Below, in pieces: positions 47,546 to 61,329 of a stretch of 64,000 nt of DNA; within the stretch, counting starts at the first letter, position 1; each line of letters opens with the position of its first letter. Location of the stretch: contig CM059438.1 in the NCBI GenBank assembly GCA_030390025.1, forward strand, positions 61,878,001 to 61,942,000. Reading direction: 5' to 3'. The position numbers and the translations under genes are program-made. The notes beneath the pieces are model-generated. The model made no database searches. It was given only the letters and a program-made list of their open reading frames with translations, and had not been told where the DNA came from. The DNA comes from Squalus acanthias. Lineage: Eukaryota.

Positions 47546-49014
47546 CTGCTTACTGAGGATGCCGCAAAGAAAATGTTGGTTCAATCTACTTGATGCAGTC
47601 CAATTCCTTTTTGATTTTGGATTTTTTTCTTTTTGCTTGCCGTTCTACCATTTCGACCCACTGTCTCACTCCCAGCCCCCAGCTCTGGGGGGGTGTGGAT
47701 AGCCTTTGGCTTGTGGACTTCTTCATGGAAGCTGCTCAGCGATGACGTGGGATGCATCGGCAGGTAGTGTGACTCCAGCACAACGAGCTGGGCAGTCAGT
47801 AACCGGCTCTTTCTAATCACCCGAACACCACCCAAAGTGCCCAACTGAAGCGGGCGAATTAGCGCAGTCGGTGCGCTTGGGCTTTGAAGGCACTGCCTTC
47901 CGGTTGATCTTTCAACTCATGCCCAACTATTCTGACTTATAGAATGGAAAATGGATGCGGGTGGCACCTTCAGATGGTGCTTTAGCCTACATGTTAAATG
48001 TGATGATGTGATGACACTTGGGGCCTGTGCTATATACAGTGCGACCTCGAATATCTGCTCTCCCGTTATCCACAGGGACATTTGTAGGAGCTGGGATGAG
48101 TTTTGCATAAAATACAATTGAATATTTTTCACTAACTTTTCATGGACTCTGGGTTTTTCACCCAGTAGGAGAGCTAGATGCTGAGCACCTAGCAGAATCT
48201 GCTATCCGAACTGCTTTGATATTTGGGTTTGAATACCAGCGGGGCACATGGTCCAGGAGATCAGCAGGAGCGGGATTGCCAGCTTCCCCCCCACCCCTCC
48301 CCCCAAACAAATCTAAAACATTTTAAAAGGGAAAAATCGTGGGTTTTAACTGTTTGAGCTGGAAACTTAATTAAGGACTCTAAATAGACCAGTTAAAAAC
48401 TTATCACTGTCAGATTATGAGTATGAGGGGGCTGCCTATTTTCCATTTTCTGTTATCCACCCGAGGGGCAGAATGGCCTACTCCTGTTCCTGTGTTCCAC
48501 TCAGCCTTGGGGTGAGAGTTGCTCTGTTATGGCAGATAGTCATGGTTCCGCCAGGTGTCAGCATTACTGTCACACTTTTAAATTAAACATTGACTAATAT
48601 TTTCCGGCAGCGTTTTGGTTTCTATGTTTAATGACACTTCAGTTTTAAAATGCGAGAGCGATTTTCCGGTGGTAGGTGATTAAAACGCTGTCCTTTCACT
48701 CCTTGGCCCTGGGTTTGAAGCTAGCCCAGGCTGATGTGCTAGAAGTCGTCTTCCGTCCCCACCCCAGTCTACTGGCTGTCGGGCCCTTGTGTGGATTGGT
48801 TTTGGGCAGGCTCAGCGCAGTATTCGTGGGTGTGAGTCTGAAGCACAATTCAGCCACGACTTGTACCACACTGGCGGACTGAGGGCACACGGGTGACTGG
48901 TGTGGAAAACAAAATCACACTGGGAAGGTAGAGGATTTTGTTTTGAGGTTGGGGCAGAGTAGAGGGAGCTTTACTCTACCTGTACTACACTTTAAAAAAA
49001 ATAAAATAAAAAAA

Positions 49015-49580
49015 AATTCATGGTGTCGCTGGCAAGATCGTTACTCATTATCCATCCCTAGTTGGGGGCTGTCTTCTTGAGCCTCTGCAGTCCATATTCT
49101 TTGTAAAGGTTTGATACAACCGAGTGGCTTGCTGGAACACTTCAGAGGCAATGTTCCTGTTAAGCTGCATGGCCGGGAAGGCCGCTCACCGGCTTTTACG
49201 TTGTAGATATCGCGCATGCGCAAAAATGTGAATTGGCCGTGCAGTGGGGGAGGCTGGCCGCACAGCTTACGGGGGACGTTGTTCAGAGGGAAGTTAAGAG
49301 TCAACCACGTTGGTGTGGGACTGGAGTCACATATAGGCCAGACTGGGTAAGGCCCGCAGGTTTCCTTCTCAAAAGGACATCAGTGAACCAGCGGATTTTT
49401 ATGACAATCCGACAGCTTCACGGTCACTTTTATTGATAAGTTTTTATTTTCAGATTTTTAAAAAAAAAATTTTGTTAAACTGAATTCAACTTCTCAAACT
49501 GCCGTGGTGAAATTTGACCTCGCATTCTCTGGATTATTGGTCCCGGCCTCTAGATTACCAGTCCAGTGACCTACCAAGTA
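49015..49580 (-). mobile_element. Dispersed SINE-like repeat hosting a hAT MITE
   Basis: Degenerate tRNA-like head on the minus strand near 49500-49575; sequence is collinear across the MITE. Confidence 0.45.
49149..49281. mobile_element. 133-bp hAT-type MITE with 8-bp TSD
   Basis: TSD TTCAGAGG at 49141-49148 and 49282-49289. Imperfect TIRs CAATGTTCCTGTTAAGCTGCATGGCC and GGCCGCACAGCTTACGGGGGACGTTG. Confidence 0.82.
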
Positions 49581-50036
49581 GAGCGCTGATGCTGACGTTT
49601 TTTTGTAAGAATTGTCCTGATCCTACTGGTGATGTAACTCAGGGCGTTGGGTTGTTGCACTGTTAGTTACAGTGGGCCTCCTTTTGGCGGGGTGGCAGCC
49701 AGCAGACAAATAGCCTGTAAGCAGCAGCTGCCTAAACATGGGAATGATCCACTTCGTTCAGGTACCAGAGAGGCTACTGGAACGAGTGGAGTGTCAACCC
49801 AGCTAGAGTCACTGCTTTTGGGGAGAGTAAGGGTTCAAAAAGGAAATGTCGGCTCTGATAAGGTTGCATGGCCACCCTGTTGACTACAAATAGGAATTTA
49901 TACATAGGAATTACAGCACAGATCCCTATGCACTTCAGTAACGTTATCAACGGAATAACATTAGCAATTCTACCGCCAAGCGATCAGACGGCAGCGTTTC
50001 TTCCCTTTTTTACTGACTCTTTGTTTTTTTTTGTAA

Positions 50037-50189
<153 letters not shown>

Positions 50190-53100
50190 CCCCTCCCTCC
50201 CCCCCGCCCCTCCTCACCCTCGCCCCGCATGCTTTCGCCATGGATCAACGGTGGCGTCAGTTTTGTTTTGCACAATTCAGACTGGACATAAAGTTCCCTA
50301 AGCACTGAGGAAGAACAAAAAAAAAACCCAGAACGGACTTGAGGAGGTCTCTGTGAGAAGAGGGCGCTGGGGCTTCCCTTCCTACGATCGATCGCTAACG
50401 AAGACTATGGAGGTTCCTAGCCGGAAGCTTCTGTCTCTATTTATATGTTGATATGTATTTGAACAAAATCTTATGTACAGTTTTTTATGTTGTAAAATCT
50501 GATCTGTTTGAAGTTCGGTGATAACGTGTAGCTGAACAGAGTTACCTAAAAAAAAGAGAGATTTGCTCCGGTAGCATTATGTGACTCTGGGACAGCTTGC
50601 TGCTAATGTGATTACAGAAAAGAAGAAAAAAAAAGACCCAGCTTACTGTGCGTTCCAGGGATTACACTAACGCCAGGTCTCTGGATCTTGTCCACTTGAC
50701 GAGGAGAGAGAGAAAAAAAAAACATTTTAGCCTTGTACAGGGAAAGAGAACTGATTGTTAGGTTATAGTGATGGCTGCTGGAGTGAGCGGGTTTCACAAT
50801 AAGCATCTTTGTGGTTTCATTCTCGTAACCCAGTTCGAGCACACTACAGTCTGCCACTTCTTGACTTTGCGCTGGAGGTTAAGCTCAATGTAGCACAGGT
50901 CAAAGCTTGGGTGTGGTGGTGCTTTAAATCAGTATTTTTTTTTCCAAGTCATATCAGAACTATCGGGGAACCACAATCGTTAGCTAAGTTATTCCCACAA
51001 TTTTAATTCAAGACCTACATGAGGCACATAGTTTTTAAGGACACGGCGGGTATTGAGCTATGGTACCGTTGATCCACTTGGTAATGTGTGTTTTTTTTTT
51101 AAATGTGTGTTTGTGTGTGGTTATGCTGGGAAGTTGGTGCAGAATGTTCCTTGTTTAGGGTATGGGTGGGAGGGTGAAATTGATAACTGGCCTGGGCTCC
51201 TTCAAGGGCATTTCTCGAATTGAAATCCAGGTCCCAGAGATAGGATTCGGTTCAGGTGCGCAGTACCATTCTACGCTCTGTTGCATTTACAAATGTTGTG
51301 TCCTTAATTCCCTCCGCTGTCCCATGCAGCACAGCGACTGCATGGCTGGGTTCCTAAGTAGTGCGCGTCTGCTGCCGAAGCCTCTGATTTTTGCCCTGGA
51401 CTCCTTCCCTGCCCCTCCCAAAGAATGTCTGGTCCAGGTCAGCACGATCTCAACAGGCAGCCACACAAGGCACTGCTGCGACTTGGCCTCTGTGAAGCTG
51501 ATGTATCCCTCTTTGGGAAGTGGACCAAGAAAGTCAGGGTGACTTGTGGGCAAATACACGTTCACTACACTGCTGGGTGTTCACTTCTGCCTGCTCCTCT
51601 GGACAGCAAGCCAATCTGAAACCAGTTGGGTTTGAGGGTCTCATTTTAACGCAGCACGAGAAATCATATTTAACTTTTGACATATTTACAAGTGCTAAGT
51701 ATATTTTTTTATATTAGTAAGTTATTTTCATTGGAGTCGGCAGACGGCTGGTATCCAGCTTGAAACACCTGCTGGGCAAAAATATCCACTGTGCTGGAGA
51801 GCACGAGGGTCTTGTGCATGCATCAGCTGGGTGGGTTCCACACAGTAAGTGGTGGGGGAGGGTACACCTTGCTCTTCAATTGTGACCCGGAATTTAATAA
51901 ATACTTGCACAAGTTAACAGTCTCCTTGCCTTTCCGCTGCGACTTTTTCTGGGTGGGGAGGGAGGGCTGTAGAAGTATACCGGACAAGCAGAGACCTGTG
52001 AACTAACTTGAAAGCTGCTGTTACCCGTGTGCATGTTTTAAATGGGCTGCTGTTAACTGTGTCGTGCCGTCACTGCGCCAAGCTTTGCTTTTCTCGACAG
52101 AAGTCCAGGCTCGCTCTCCTTGTAAGATTCCGATACCTGTTCTATGTGTAATGGAACTCCGTGAATCTGAGCCGCTGCATTCTCTCTCTTTTCCCCCGCC
52201 CCACTCCCCACCCAACCTGCGAACTGAGATACTGCAGTGGAGTTTACGGTAGTTAGAAAGCTTCGGATGTTTGTTGCGGGCAGTCCGCACAGGTTGACCA
52301 GTATAGTATTTTCCCTCTTGTTTTACTGCAGCTTCCTTCTCGTTAGAAGGTGAGTTTAGCATGGTGCTGTCTCCACTAAACATGAATTCGCCACCTTTTA
52401 TGGATAAGTGCCCTGGAGGATGCGCTCAGCTATTTTTTGAGGTTGGGTTTGGTGATGTCTTTTATAAATTTATGATGTGTTTTTAACCAAAGTGGCAGAC
52501 CACATGGTTTAGGTTGTAGTTCCCCCTCCCCTCCCAGTTACCCAAAATATATGTTCTGAATCTCTAACTCTAAAATTTGCTTTCTTCCCCTCATAAAACA
52601 AATTATATTACCAACGTGCAACTATCCAAACCAATTTGTATCTGGTCCTGCGGATAATCTGCACTATACGGCAGTGTAACTGTGACTGATTAGTGGGGTT
52701 CATCCCATCTCCTCTATGGTGGCAATTGAGCAGAAATTGCCCCGGTTTTCATGTATGACATCCATTTCATTGCAGATGTTTGTAATAGTTGTGCAAAGTA
52801 GACTTTCTTTTGCATTTCCTACAAACTGACTTGTAATTGAACTGTGCTCTTGCTGGTTGGGGTATTTCACACCAAGTCTAAACGCTGTGGGTAAAATTAT
52901 ATTTAAGTCAGCACTCGAGGGGCTCCCAAGTTCTGAAATTTAAAAAAAAATTGATACAACGTGAGAATACTATTGTCCATTCAGATTTAACCCCTCCCCA
53001 GAAACAAAGTTTTCAATCTTATTTGCACTGCACCATTTAAGACAAATTGGTCTAAATTATACCTAGTCCATTTCTTATTCCACTGATTTCCCCTCCAGTA

Positions 53101-53430
53101 GTTTGTAACTGTACTGATTGCCAAGTGGCACCATTATGGATCACGATGACTGTTTCGATGACGCGACCAGCTCTGCGGTATTGAGCTGTTCCCAGCACAG
53201 TCAGATGTAATGGTGTTTATGAACAGCCAGACTTGCAAAGAGCCCTGAAAATGCGACGATGCTGTTACAATCCTAATTACTAACTATGTTGTGTGGTCCG
53301 TTGCAAAAATGCAGAACACTAGCCACTGCGGTGTTGCTGTGCCCCCAGTTTGTTTCATGCACTGAATACAGTATCTTGCCTGTATTTAAAATTGTTAAAT
53401 AAAGCTGAATCAAATTTCTGATTGTGCAAA
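50190..53430 (+). other. ZMYND19: Probable long 3' UTR of ZMYND19 with candidate polyA signals
   Basis: No recognisable transposon sequence for about 3.3 kb. AATAAA at 51896-51901 and 53398-53403, the latter followed by GT-rich sequence. Repeats resume near 53555. Confidence 0.6.
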
Positions 53431-53554
53431 CTGGTGTGTTAATCATGTATGGTTGATGAATGCGGCCTTTCAACTCTTGGGGGCCTTAAGTTCAAATGTC
53501 TGAAAACTTGACGCTCGTCTCTTGTTGCGGTTCTTCTGTGAAATTTTGATTTCC

Positions 53555-54487
53555 AGGTGTAGATGGCAGCAGGAAGTTACAGAAGGGCATAAACAGGCTA
53601 AATGAGTCTGAATTAAGGCGTATGGAATTCAATGCGAGGTCATCTACTTTGGATCCGAGGAAAACAGCTAGGAATATTTTAATGGGGAGAGACTAGCAGC
53701 TGTGGAAGAGCAAAGGGATTTAAGTGTCCGTGTACACATCATTTAAAGCCAGTGGACAGGTACAAAAAGGTTAATGGAATGTTGGCCTTTATCTCAAGCG
53801 GGTTGGAATTCAAAAGCGAGGAAGTGATGCTTCAGTACAGAGCCCATGGTCAGACCCCCATCTGGAGTAATGTGTTCAGTTTTGGACACCAAACCTCAGG
53901 AAATATATAAAAGCAAAATACTGCTGGAAATCTGAAATAAAAACAAAATGTTGGAAATACTCAGCAGGTCAAGCAGCATCTGTGGAAAATTTCTCAGGAA
54001 AGATATATTGGCCTTGGAGGGGATGCAGTGCAGATTCACCAGAATGGTACTGGGGCTTAGAGTTAAATTGAGGTCCGGTTGCAAAAAATGGTTTTTGTAT
54101 TTCCTTGACTTTAGAAGGTTGAGGGATGATCAAATCAAGGTCTTTAAAATGTAAAGAGATTATATAGAATAGATACAGAGAAACTATTTCCTCTGGTGAG
54201 GGAATCCAGAACAAGGGGACATCATCTTAGAATTAGAGCTAGGCCATTTAGGAGTGAACTCGGGAAGTGCCTTTTTCACAAAGAATAGTGGAAATCTGGA
54301 CTATACTTCCCCCAAAAGGCTGCGGATGCTGTGTCAATTGAAATCTTCAAGACTGAATATTTTGTTAGATAAGGGTATCAAGGAATATGGAGCAAAGGTG
54401 GGTAAACTGAATTGAGGTACAGATCAGCCATGATCTAACTGATGTTAGAACAGGCTTGAGGGGCTGAATGGCCTACTCCTGCTCCTA
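53555..54487 (+). mobile_element. Degraded CR1 3' fragment with a nested Penelope terminal-repeat piece (about 53910-53992)
   Basis: LRKDILALEGMQCRFTRM. The insert is homologous to 1740-1825 and flanked by a near-perfect duplication CTCAGGAAA(T/G)ATAT (53895, 53993). Confidence 0.75.
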
Positions 54488-54518
54488 AGTAAGGCTACTA
54501 TCTTGAATCTCTGAATAA

Positions 54519-55228
54519 TGTGAGAAGTCGCACAACACCAGGTTATAGTCCAACAGCTTTATTTGAAATCACAAGCTTTCGGCGCGGCTGCTCCTTCGTC
54601 AGGTGAAATAGGTGTAGAGGTTATGGTCTGAAATTGTTGAAGCCGATTTTGACTCCAGAAGACTGTAAAGTGCCTAATCGAAAGATGAGGTGCTGTTCCT
54701 CGAGCTTACGTTGAGGCCGAGGACAGAGAGGTCAGAGTGGAAGTAGAGCGGAGAATTAAAGTGACAGGTGACCGGAAGCTCGGGGTCACGCTAGCGGACT
54801 GAAGGAAGGTGTTCCGCAAAGCGGTCACCCGATCTGCGTTTGGTCTCCCCGATGTAGAGGAGACCACATCGTGAGCAGCGAATACAGTATACTAAATTGA
54901 AAGAAGTACAAAATAAATCGCTGTTTCACCTGGAAGGAGTGTTTGGGGCTCTGGACAGTGGGAAGGGAGGAGGTAAAAGGGCAGGTGTTGCCTCTCCTGC
55001 ACTTGCATGGGAAGGTGCCGTGGGAAGGGGAGGGCGTGTTGGGGTGATTGGAACAAAGAATATTCCACATATCCCACGAGAAGGCAGGCATAACTAGGAC
55101 CCATGCGGGTTCTCATAGCAACACCTTTTATTTGGAGGAAATGAGTGGAGTCAAAGGAGAAGTTGTTCAATGTGAGAACAAGTTCAGCCAGGCGGTGGAG
55201 GATGGGGACTGGTTGGGCCCCTGTTCAA
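54519..55228 (-). mobile_element. Penelope-like element fragment (RT/GIY-YIG remnants) with adjacent hammerhead-bearing repeat (54569-54606)
   Basis: QIKGVAMRTRMGPSYAC and GTFPCKC..CPF match the ORF at 62738-63967 with internal deletions. 54519-54607 is near-identical to the arm at 954-1037. Confidence 0.85.
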
Positions 55229-55589
55229 CCTCCGGCCGTCTTGGTGAGGGATGGAAGTGTAACTCTGTTTAACCAGTGAATACTGATGACATTGGGCAAT
55301 AACTTGGAAAGGTTACTGAGACTTGGCACTCGGACAAGAGAATTAACATGCACAATTGATGCTGGAGTACTTTTAAGTTAAAGGCCGCACTAATGATTCA
55401 GCTCCCCAACACCACAAACCCTACTCACCAACTGAAGCTAACAATTCAGTTGATGCTATTGTTACAGTTTAAAGGTAGCTCCAAAAAGTCAACAGAAACA
55501 TTTGAAGCAATGGGGTTCTGATGTGTGTGTGTATATATATAAATAAATGTTCAGGTGAAATGTGGCATATACTGTTAAGTACCAGGTAA

Positions 55590-55960
55590 TACTCTTGAGT
55601 CAGAAGATCAACTTGAGCACATAATCTCAGCTGATGCTTCAGTATTGAGGGAATACTGTGCTGTCGGAGGTGCTGTCTTTTGCATGAAACATTAAACTGA
55701 GACCCTTCCTGCCTATTCAGGTGGATGTAAGAGATCCCCATGGCACTATTTGAAGTACAGGGAGTTCTGGTGCCCTGGCCAACATTTATCTCGACTAATA
55801 CCATAAACAAATTAACTGGTCATTTATCTTGTTTCTGTTTGTGGGGCCTCGCTGTGCAGAAATTGGCTGTCAAGTTTGCCTACATTACAATGATTACACT
55901 GCAAAAGTAATTTATTGTGAAATGCTTTGGGATGTCTTGATGATGTGAAAGGCAGGTAGT
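55590..55960 (+). mobile_element. Deu-domain SINE
   Basis: GGAGGTGCTGTCTTTTGCATGAAACATTAAAC..GATCCCCATGGCACTATTTGAAG. Confidence 0.75.
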
Positions 55961-56014
55961 TTTTCATCATCCCAATTGATGAAACAGATGCCCTCCATCT
56001 GAGTGGACACTGCT

Positions 56015-59000
56015 TCATAGAATCATAGAATGGTTACAGCACGGAAGAAGGCCATTCGGCCCATCGAGCCCATGCCGGCTCTCTGCAAGAGCACTTCAGC
56101 TAGTCCCACTCCCCCGCCCTTTCCCCGTAGCACTGCAAATTTCTTTCCTTCAGATACTTATCCAACTCCCTTTTGAAAGCCGTGATTGAATCTGCCTCCA
56201 CCACCCTCTCAGGCAGTGCATTCCAGATCCTAACCACTTGCTGCGTAAATTTTTTTTTTCTTACGTCGCCTTTGGTTCTTTGGCCAATCACCTTAAATCT
56301 GTGTCCTCTGGTTCTCGACCCTTCTGCCAATGGGAACAGTTTCCCTCTATCTACTCTGTCCAAACCCCTCATGATTTTGAACACCTCTATCAAATCTCCT
56401 CTCAATCTTCTCTGCTCCAAGGAGAACAACCCCAGCTTCTCCAGTCTATCAACGTAACTGAAGTCCCTCATTCCTGGGATCATTCTCGTAAATCTTTTCT
56501 GCACCCTCTCTAAGGCCTTCGCATCCTTCCTAAAGTGTGGTGCCCAGAATTGGACACAGTACTCCAGTTGAGGCCGAACCAGTGTTTTATACAGGTTCAT
56601 CATAATTTCCACACTTTTGAACTCTATACCTCTATTTATGAAGCCCAGGATCCTGTAAGCCTTTTTAACTGCTTTCCCAACCTGCCCTGCCATCTTCAAC
56701 GATTTGTGCACACATACCCCCAGGTTTCTCTGTTCGTGCACCCCCTTCAGGATTGTACCATTTAGTTTATATGTCCTCTCCTCATTCTTTCTCCCAAAAT
56801 GTATCACTTCACACTTTTCTGTGTTAAATTTCATCTGCCACATGTCCACCCATTTCACCAGCCTGTCTATGTCTTCCTGAAGTCTATCACACTCCTCCTC
56901 ACTGTTCACTATACTTCCAAGTTTTGTGTCATCTGCAAATTTTGAAATTGTGCCCTGTACACCCACGTCCAAATCATTAATATATATCAAGAAAAGCAGT
57001 GGTCCTAGAACCGACTCCTGGGGAACACCACTGTATACCTTCCTCCAGTCCAAAAAACAACTATTCACCACTACTCTCTGTTTCCTATCACTTAGCCAAT
57101 TCCGTATCCATGCTGCCACTGTCTCTTTTATTCCATGGGCTTCAACTTTGCTGGCAAGCCTATTATATGGCATTTTGTCGAACGCCTTTTAGAAATCCAT
57201 GTACACTACGTCAACTGCATTACCCTCATGAACCCTCTCTGTTACCTCATCAAAGAACTCAATCAAGTTAGTTAAACACGATTTGCCTTTAACAAATCCG
57301 TGCTGGCTTTCCTTAATTAATCCACACTTGTCCAAGTTACTGTTAATTTTGTCCCTGATTACTGTTTCTAAAAGCTTCCCCACTACCGAGGTCAAACTAA
57401 CTGGCCTGTAATTGCTGGGTTTATCTTTACACCCTTTTTTGAACAATGGTGTAACATTTGCAATTCTCCAGTCCTCTGGCACCACCCCGTTTTATGTTGG
57501 CTGCCATTCTATTCTCATGCCCTCTTTTTGCCCCTCTTATTTTGTTTTTCACTTCTCCTCTGACCTTTCTATATATAGCCTGATTCTCAGATGTATTTGC
57601 AACCTGACATCTGTCATACACACTATTTTTCTGCTTCATCATATTCTCTATCTCTTTCATCATCCAGGGAGCCCTGACTTTAGTTGCCCTGCCTTTCCCC
57701 GTAGTGAGAATGTACCTTGACTGTACCTGAACTATTTCCTCTTTAAAGGCAGCCCATTGTTTCATTACAGTTTTGCCTGCTAATCTTTGATTCCAGTTTA
57801 CCCAGGCCAGATCCGTTCTCATCCCACTGAAATTGGCCTTCCCCCAGTTAAACATTTTTACTCTAGATTGCTCCCTGTCCTTTTCCATAGCTAATCGAAA
57901 CCTTATGATACTATGATCACTGTTCCCTAAATGTTCATCTACTGACACTTGCTCCACTTGACCGACTTCATTCCCCAGAACCAGATCCAGCAATGCCTCC
58001 TCCCTCGTCGGGCTGGAAACATACTGATCAAGAAAGTTCTCCTGAACACACTTCAGAAATTCTTTCCCTTCTCTGCCCTTAACACTATTACAAACCCAGT
58101 CTATATTAGAATAGTTGAAGTCCCCCATTATTACTACTCTATAGTTCTTGCACCTCTCTGTAATTTCTCTCCAAATTTGCTCCTCCATATCTTTCCCACT
58201 ATTTGGTGGTCTATAGAATACACCTAGTAGTGTAATGGCACCTCTATTATTTCTTAACTCTAGCCATATCGATTCTGTCTTTGACCCCTCCAGGACATCC
58301 TCGCTCTCCAGCACTGTAGCATTCTCCTTGACCAATACTGCCACACCACACACCACCTCCTATCTTTCCTTCCCTATCTTTCTTGAACACTTTATAACCA
58401 GGAATATTTAATACCCAATCCTGCCCTTTTTTGAGCTAGGTCTCAGTTATTGCCACAACATCATATTCCCATGTGGCTATTTGTGCCTGCAGCTTACTTA
58501 CCTTGTTTACTACGCTTTGTGCGTTCACATACATACACTGTAAACCTATCTTAGACCATCCTGTGTTCTCTCTTAGCTTGACCCCCACCTAATACCTTAC
58601 TATTTCTTACTTTAGTGCTCTCTGCCTCTCCCAATCCTTTGAGCACTTTATTTCTCCTTTCTAATGTTACATCCTGGTGCCCATCCCTCTGCCAAATTAG
58701 TTTAAACCCTCCCCAACAGCACTAGCAAACCTCCCCGCGAGGATATTGGTTCCGGCCCTGTTGAGGTGCAACCCGTCTGGCCTGTACAGGTCCCACCTCC
58801 CCCAGAACCAGTCCCAATGCCCCAGAAATCCCTCCTGCACCATCTCTCCAGTCACACATTCATCTGCTCTATCCCCCTATTTCTATACTCACCAGCGCGT
58901 GGCACCGGGAGTAATTCGGAGAATACTACCTTTGAGGTCCTGCTTTTTAATCTCTTTCCTAGCTCCCTGAAATCTGCCTGCAGGACCTCATCCCTCTTTC

Positions 59001-59070
59001 TATCTATGTTGTTGGTACCGATATGGACCATGACCTCTAGCTGTTCACCCTCCTCCCTCAGAATGTTCTG
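56015..59070 (-). mobile_element. CR1 LINE, 5'-truncated within ORF1, with an internal deletion in ORF2
   Basis: ORF1 esterase remnant 58700-59070, APE 57427-58356, RT 57189-57485 and 56100-57173. The linker jumps from ..MAANIKRG to VPEDWR near 57487. Tail (ATTCTATG)n. Confidence 0.92.
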
Positions 59071-59209
59071 CTTGTGGACAGATGAAGAGTAGGGTGCAGG
59101 TTTGTGCCTGTAATTCTCTGGGGGATGAGTTTCTAATTTTGGTGAGTGAAGGGATGCTTGTGCGATGCACCTGTGCCACGGGCTATTGACCGCCTCAAAT
59201 TCACGTCAC

Positions 59210-61030
59210 ATATGGATAGCAAGCTGGCTACAAAACAGAAAACAGAGAGTAGGGGTTAAAGGTAGTTACTCAGACTGGCAAAAGGTGGGAAATGGTTTTC
59301 CATAAGGATCAGTGCTGGAACCACTGTTGTTCACCATTTACATAAACGATTTGGACTTGGGAATCAGAAGAACAATTTCAAAATTTGCAGCTGACACCAA
59401 ATTGGGGGGTGTAGTTAATACAGAGGAGGACTGCAACTAAATACAAGAAGACATTGGGCCAAAAATTCGGCCCTTCCCGGGTGAGTACGCACTGTGTACT
59501 CACCCGTAAGGCATCTGAAGTGCCGGTATCCTGCATGCACTGCGCATGCGCGGGAAACCGGAACTACCGGTCTGGTGAAGGGGGCGGTTCCTAGGTGAAC
59601 CGCGTGCGTGGTAGAGGCTGCGCGCACGCAGCAAACTTAGGTTAATTTCAGGTTTCTACGGGAGGGTAAGTATTGAAGAACCTGCGCTTTTAAAAAGGAG
59701 GCGCAGGACCCGTTTTCAACAAGGTAAGTGGTTAATTAATTATAATTTAAAAAGTTTTTCAACAGGTTTATCTTTTTTAGATACTTTAAAGAAAGGTAAG
59801 TTTATTTTTAGCACTGTTAAAAAGTATTTTAAACTTTTCAAAAATTTAAATTTTTGTTTAAAGTAGTTAATTTATTTAACTTATAGTTATTTTATAAATG
59901 TGATGGTTTTTAAAAAAATTATTTTAAGTTTAGCTGTTCTTTTGGGGCTGATTTCAATTCATAGATTTGAACGGTCCTGTCAAATCTATGAATGAAAGAT
60001 GGTCTGCTACTATTGGCTCTCCATGGCCCACGTGATCCCAGGGAACGTATCGCACTAACTGCGCCCCTGGGACACGCAAGCACTGCACGCCGGCACTTGG
60101 AGCAGGCCCAGGAGCTGAAGTTCCCGTGGGCCCAGAGGTCAACGGCTTGCGCGGTAGGTAAGTGCGCGCGCGATCCTTACCCCCGCGGCAAGCCGGAGAG
60201 GCGAATTTCAGGGCCACTAATAAACTTGCAGAATGGCCGTGTAATGAAAAATGAACTTCAATATAGGTAAGTGTGAGGTGGTACATTTTGGTAGGAATAA
60301 AAAGGCCACATACTCCTTGGAAAATAAGTGTCTAAATGGGGTAGAGGAATAGAGGGATCTGGGGGTACAGATACACACATCACTAAAAGTAGCAACACAG
60401 ATTAATAAGGCCATAAAAAGGCAAACAAAGCACTTGGGTTCATTTCTAGAGGGATAGAATTGAAAAGCAGAAGTTACATTATAGAACTTTGGTTAGATCA
60501 CACTGTGAACAGTTCTGGTCTCCATATTATAAAAAGGACATAGAGGCATTGGAGTGCAAAAAAGATTTACTAGAATGATACCGGAACTGAGAGGTTATAC
60601 CTGTCAGGGACGATTGAATGGGCTGGGGCTCTTTTCTTTAGAAAAGAGAAGACTAAGGAGTGACCTGATGGAGGTCTTTAAGACTATGAAAGGGTTTGAT
60701 AGGGTAGACGTAGAGAAGATGTTTCCACTTGTGGGGGAAACCAGAACTTGGGGCCATAAATATAAGATAGTCACTAATAAATCCAAAAGGGAATTCAGGA
60801 GAAACTTCTTTACCCAGAGTGGTTAGAATGTGGAACTCACTACCACAAAGAGTGGTTGAGGCAACTAGCATACATGCCTTCAAGGAGAAGCTAGATAAGA
60901 ACATGAGGGCGAAAGGAATAGAAGGATGTGCAGATAGGGTTAGATTAAGAAGGGTGGGAGGAGGCTCGTGTGGAGCATAAACACCGGCATGGAGCTGTTG
61001 GGCTTATGTTTCTGTGCTGTAAATATGTAA
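59210..61030 (+). mobile_element. Degraded CR1 3' fragment split by a MITE
   Basis: Homologous to 12330-13422; ..CAAGAAGACATT|MITE|ACTAATAAACTTGCAGAATGG. Confidence 0.85.
59456..60215. mobile_element. Harbinger-type non-autonomous element
   Basis: Ends GGGCCAAAAATTCG and CGAATTTCAGGGCC; 3-bp duplication ATT/ACT; AT-rich core; GC-rich hairpin subtermini (CGGGTGAGTAC..GTACTCACCCG). Confidence 0.75.
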
Positions 61031-61329
61031 TGCCACGCAATATAGCATCCACAGATGGGGTTGAATTCTAGTTTGTTCTGGAACCTCTGGCCAATCCCAA
61101 CCGATGATACTGGCTTGTTCAGGCCGAGGTCTGCCCCACTGACGGAGTGGGGTTTCTTAATGAGTTTGCAGGTCATAAACCTGCTGCTTCTGTTGAGAGA
61201 GAGAGAGAAAATGAGAGAATGGATGATTTGCCATATTGAGGCTGGTTCCCCACTCCACCTCAATCTGGGTTTTGAAGCGCCATGCTGAGAAATTTCTTCA
61301 AAAAAAAGACTTTTTTGTTTTAAAATAAA

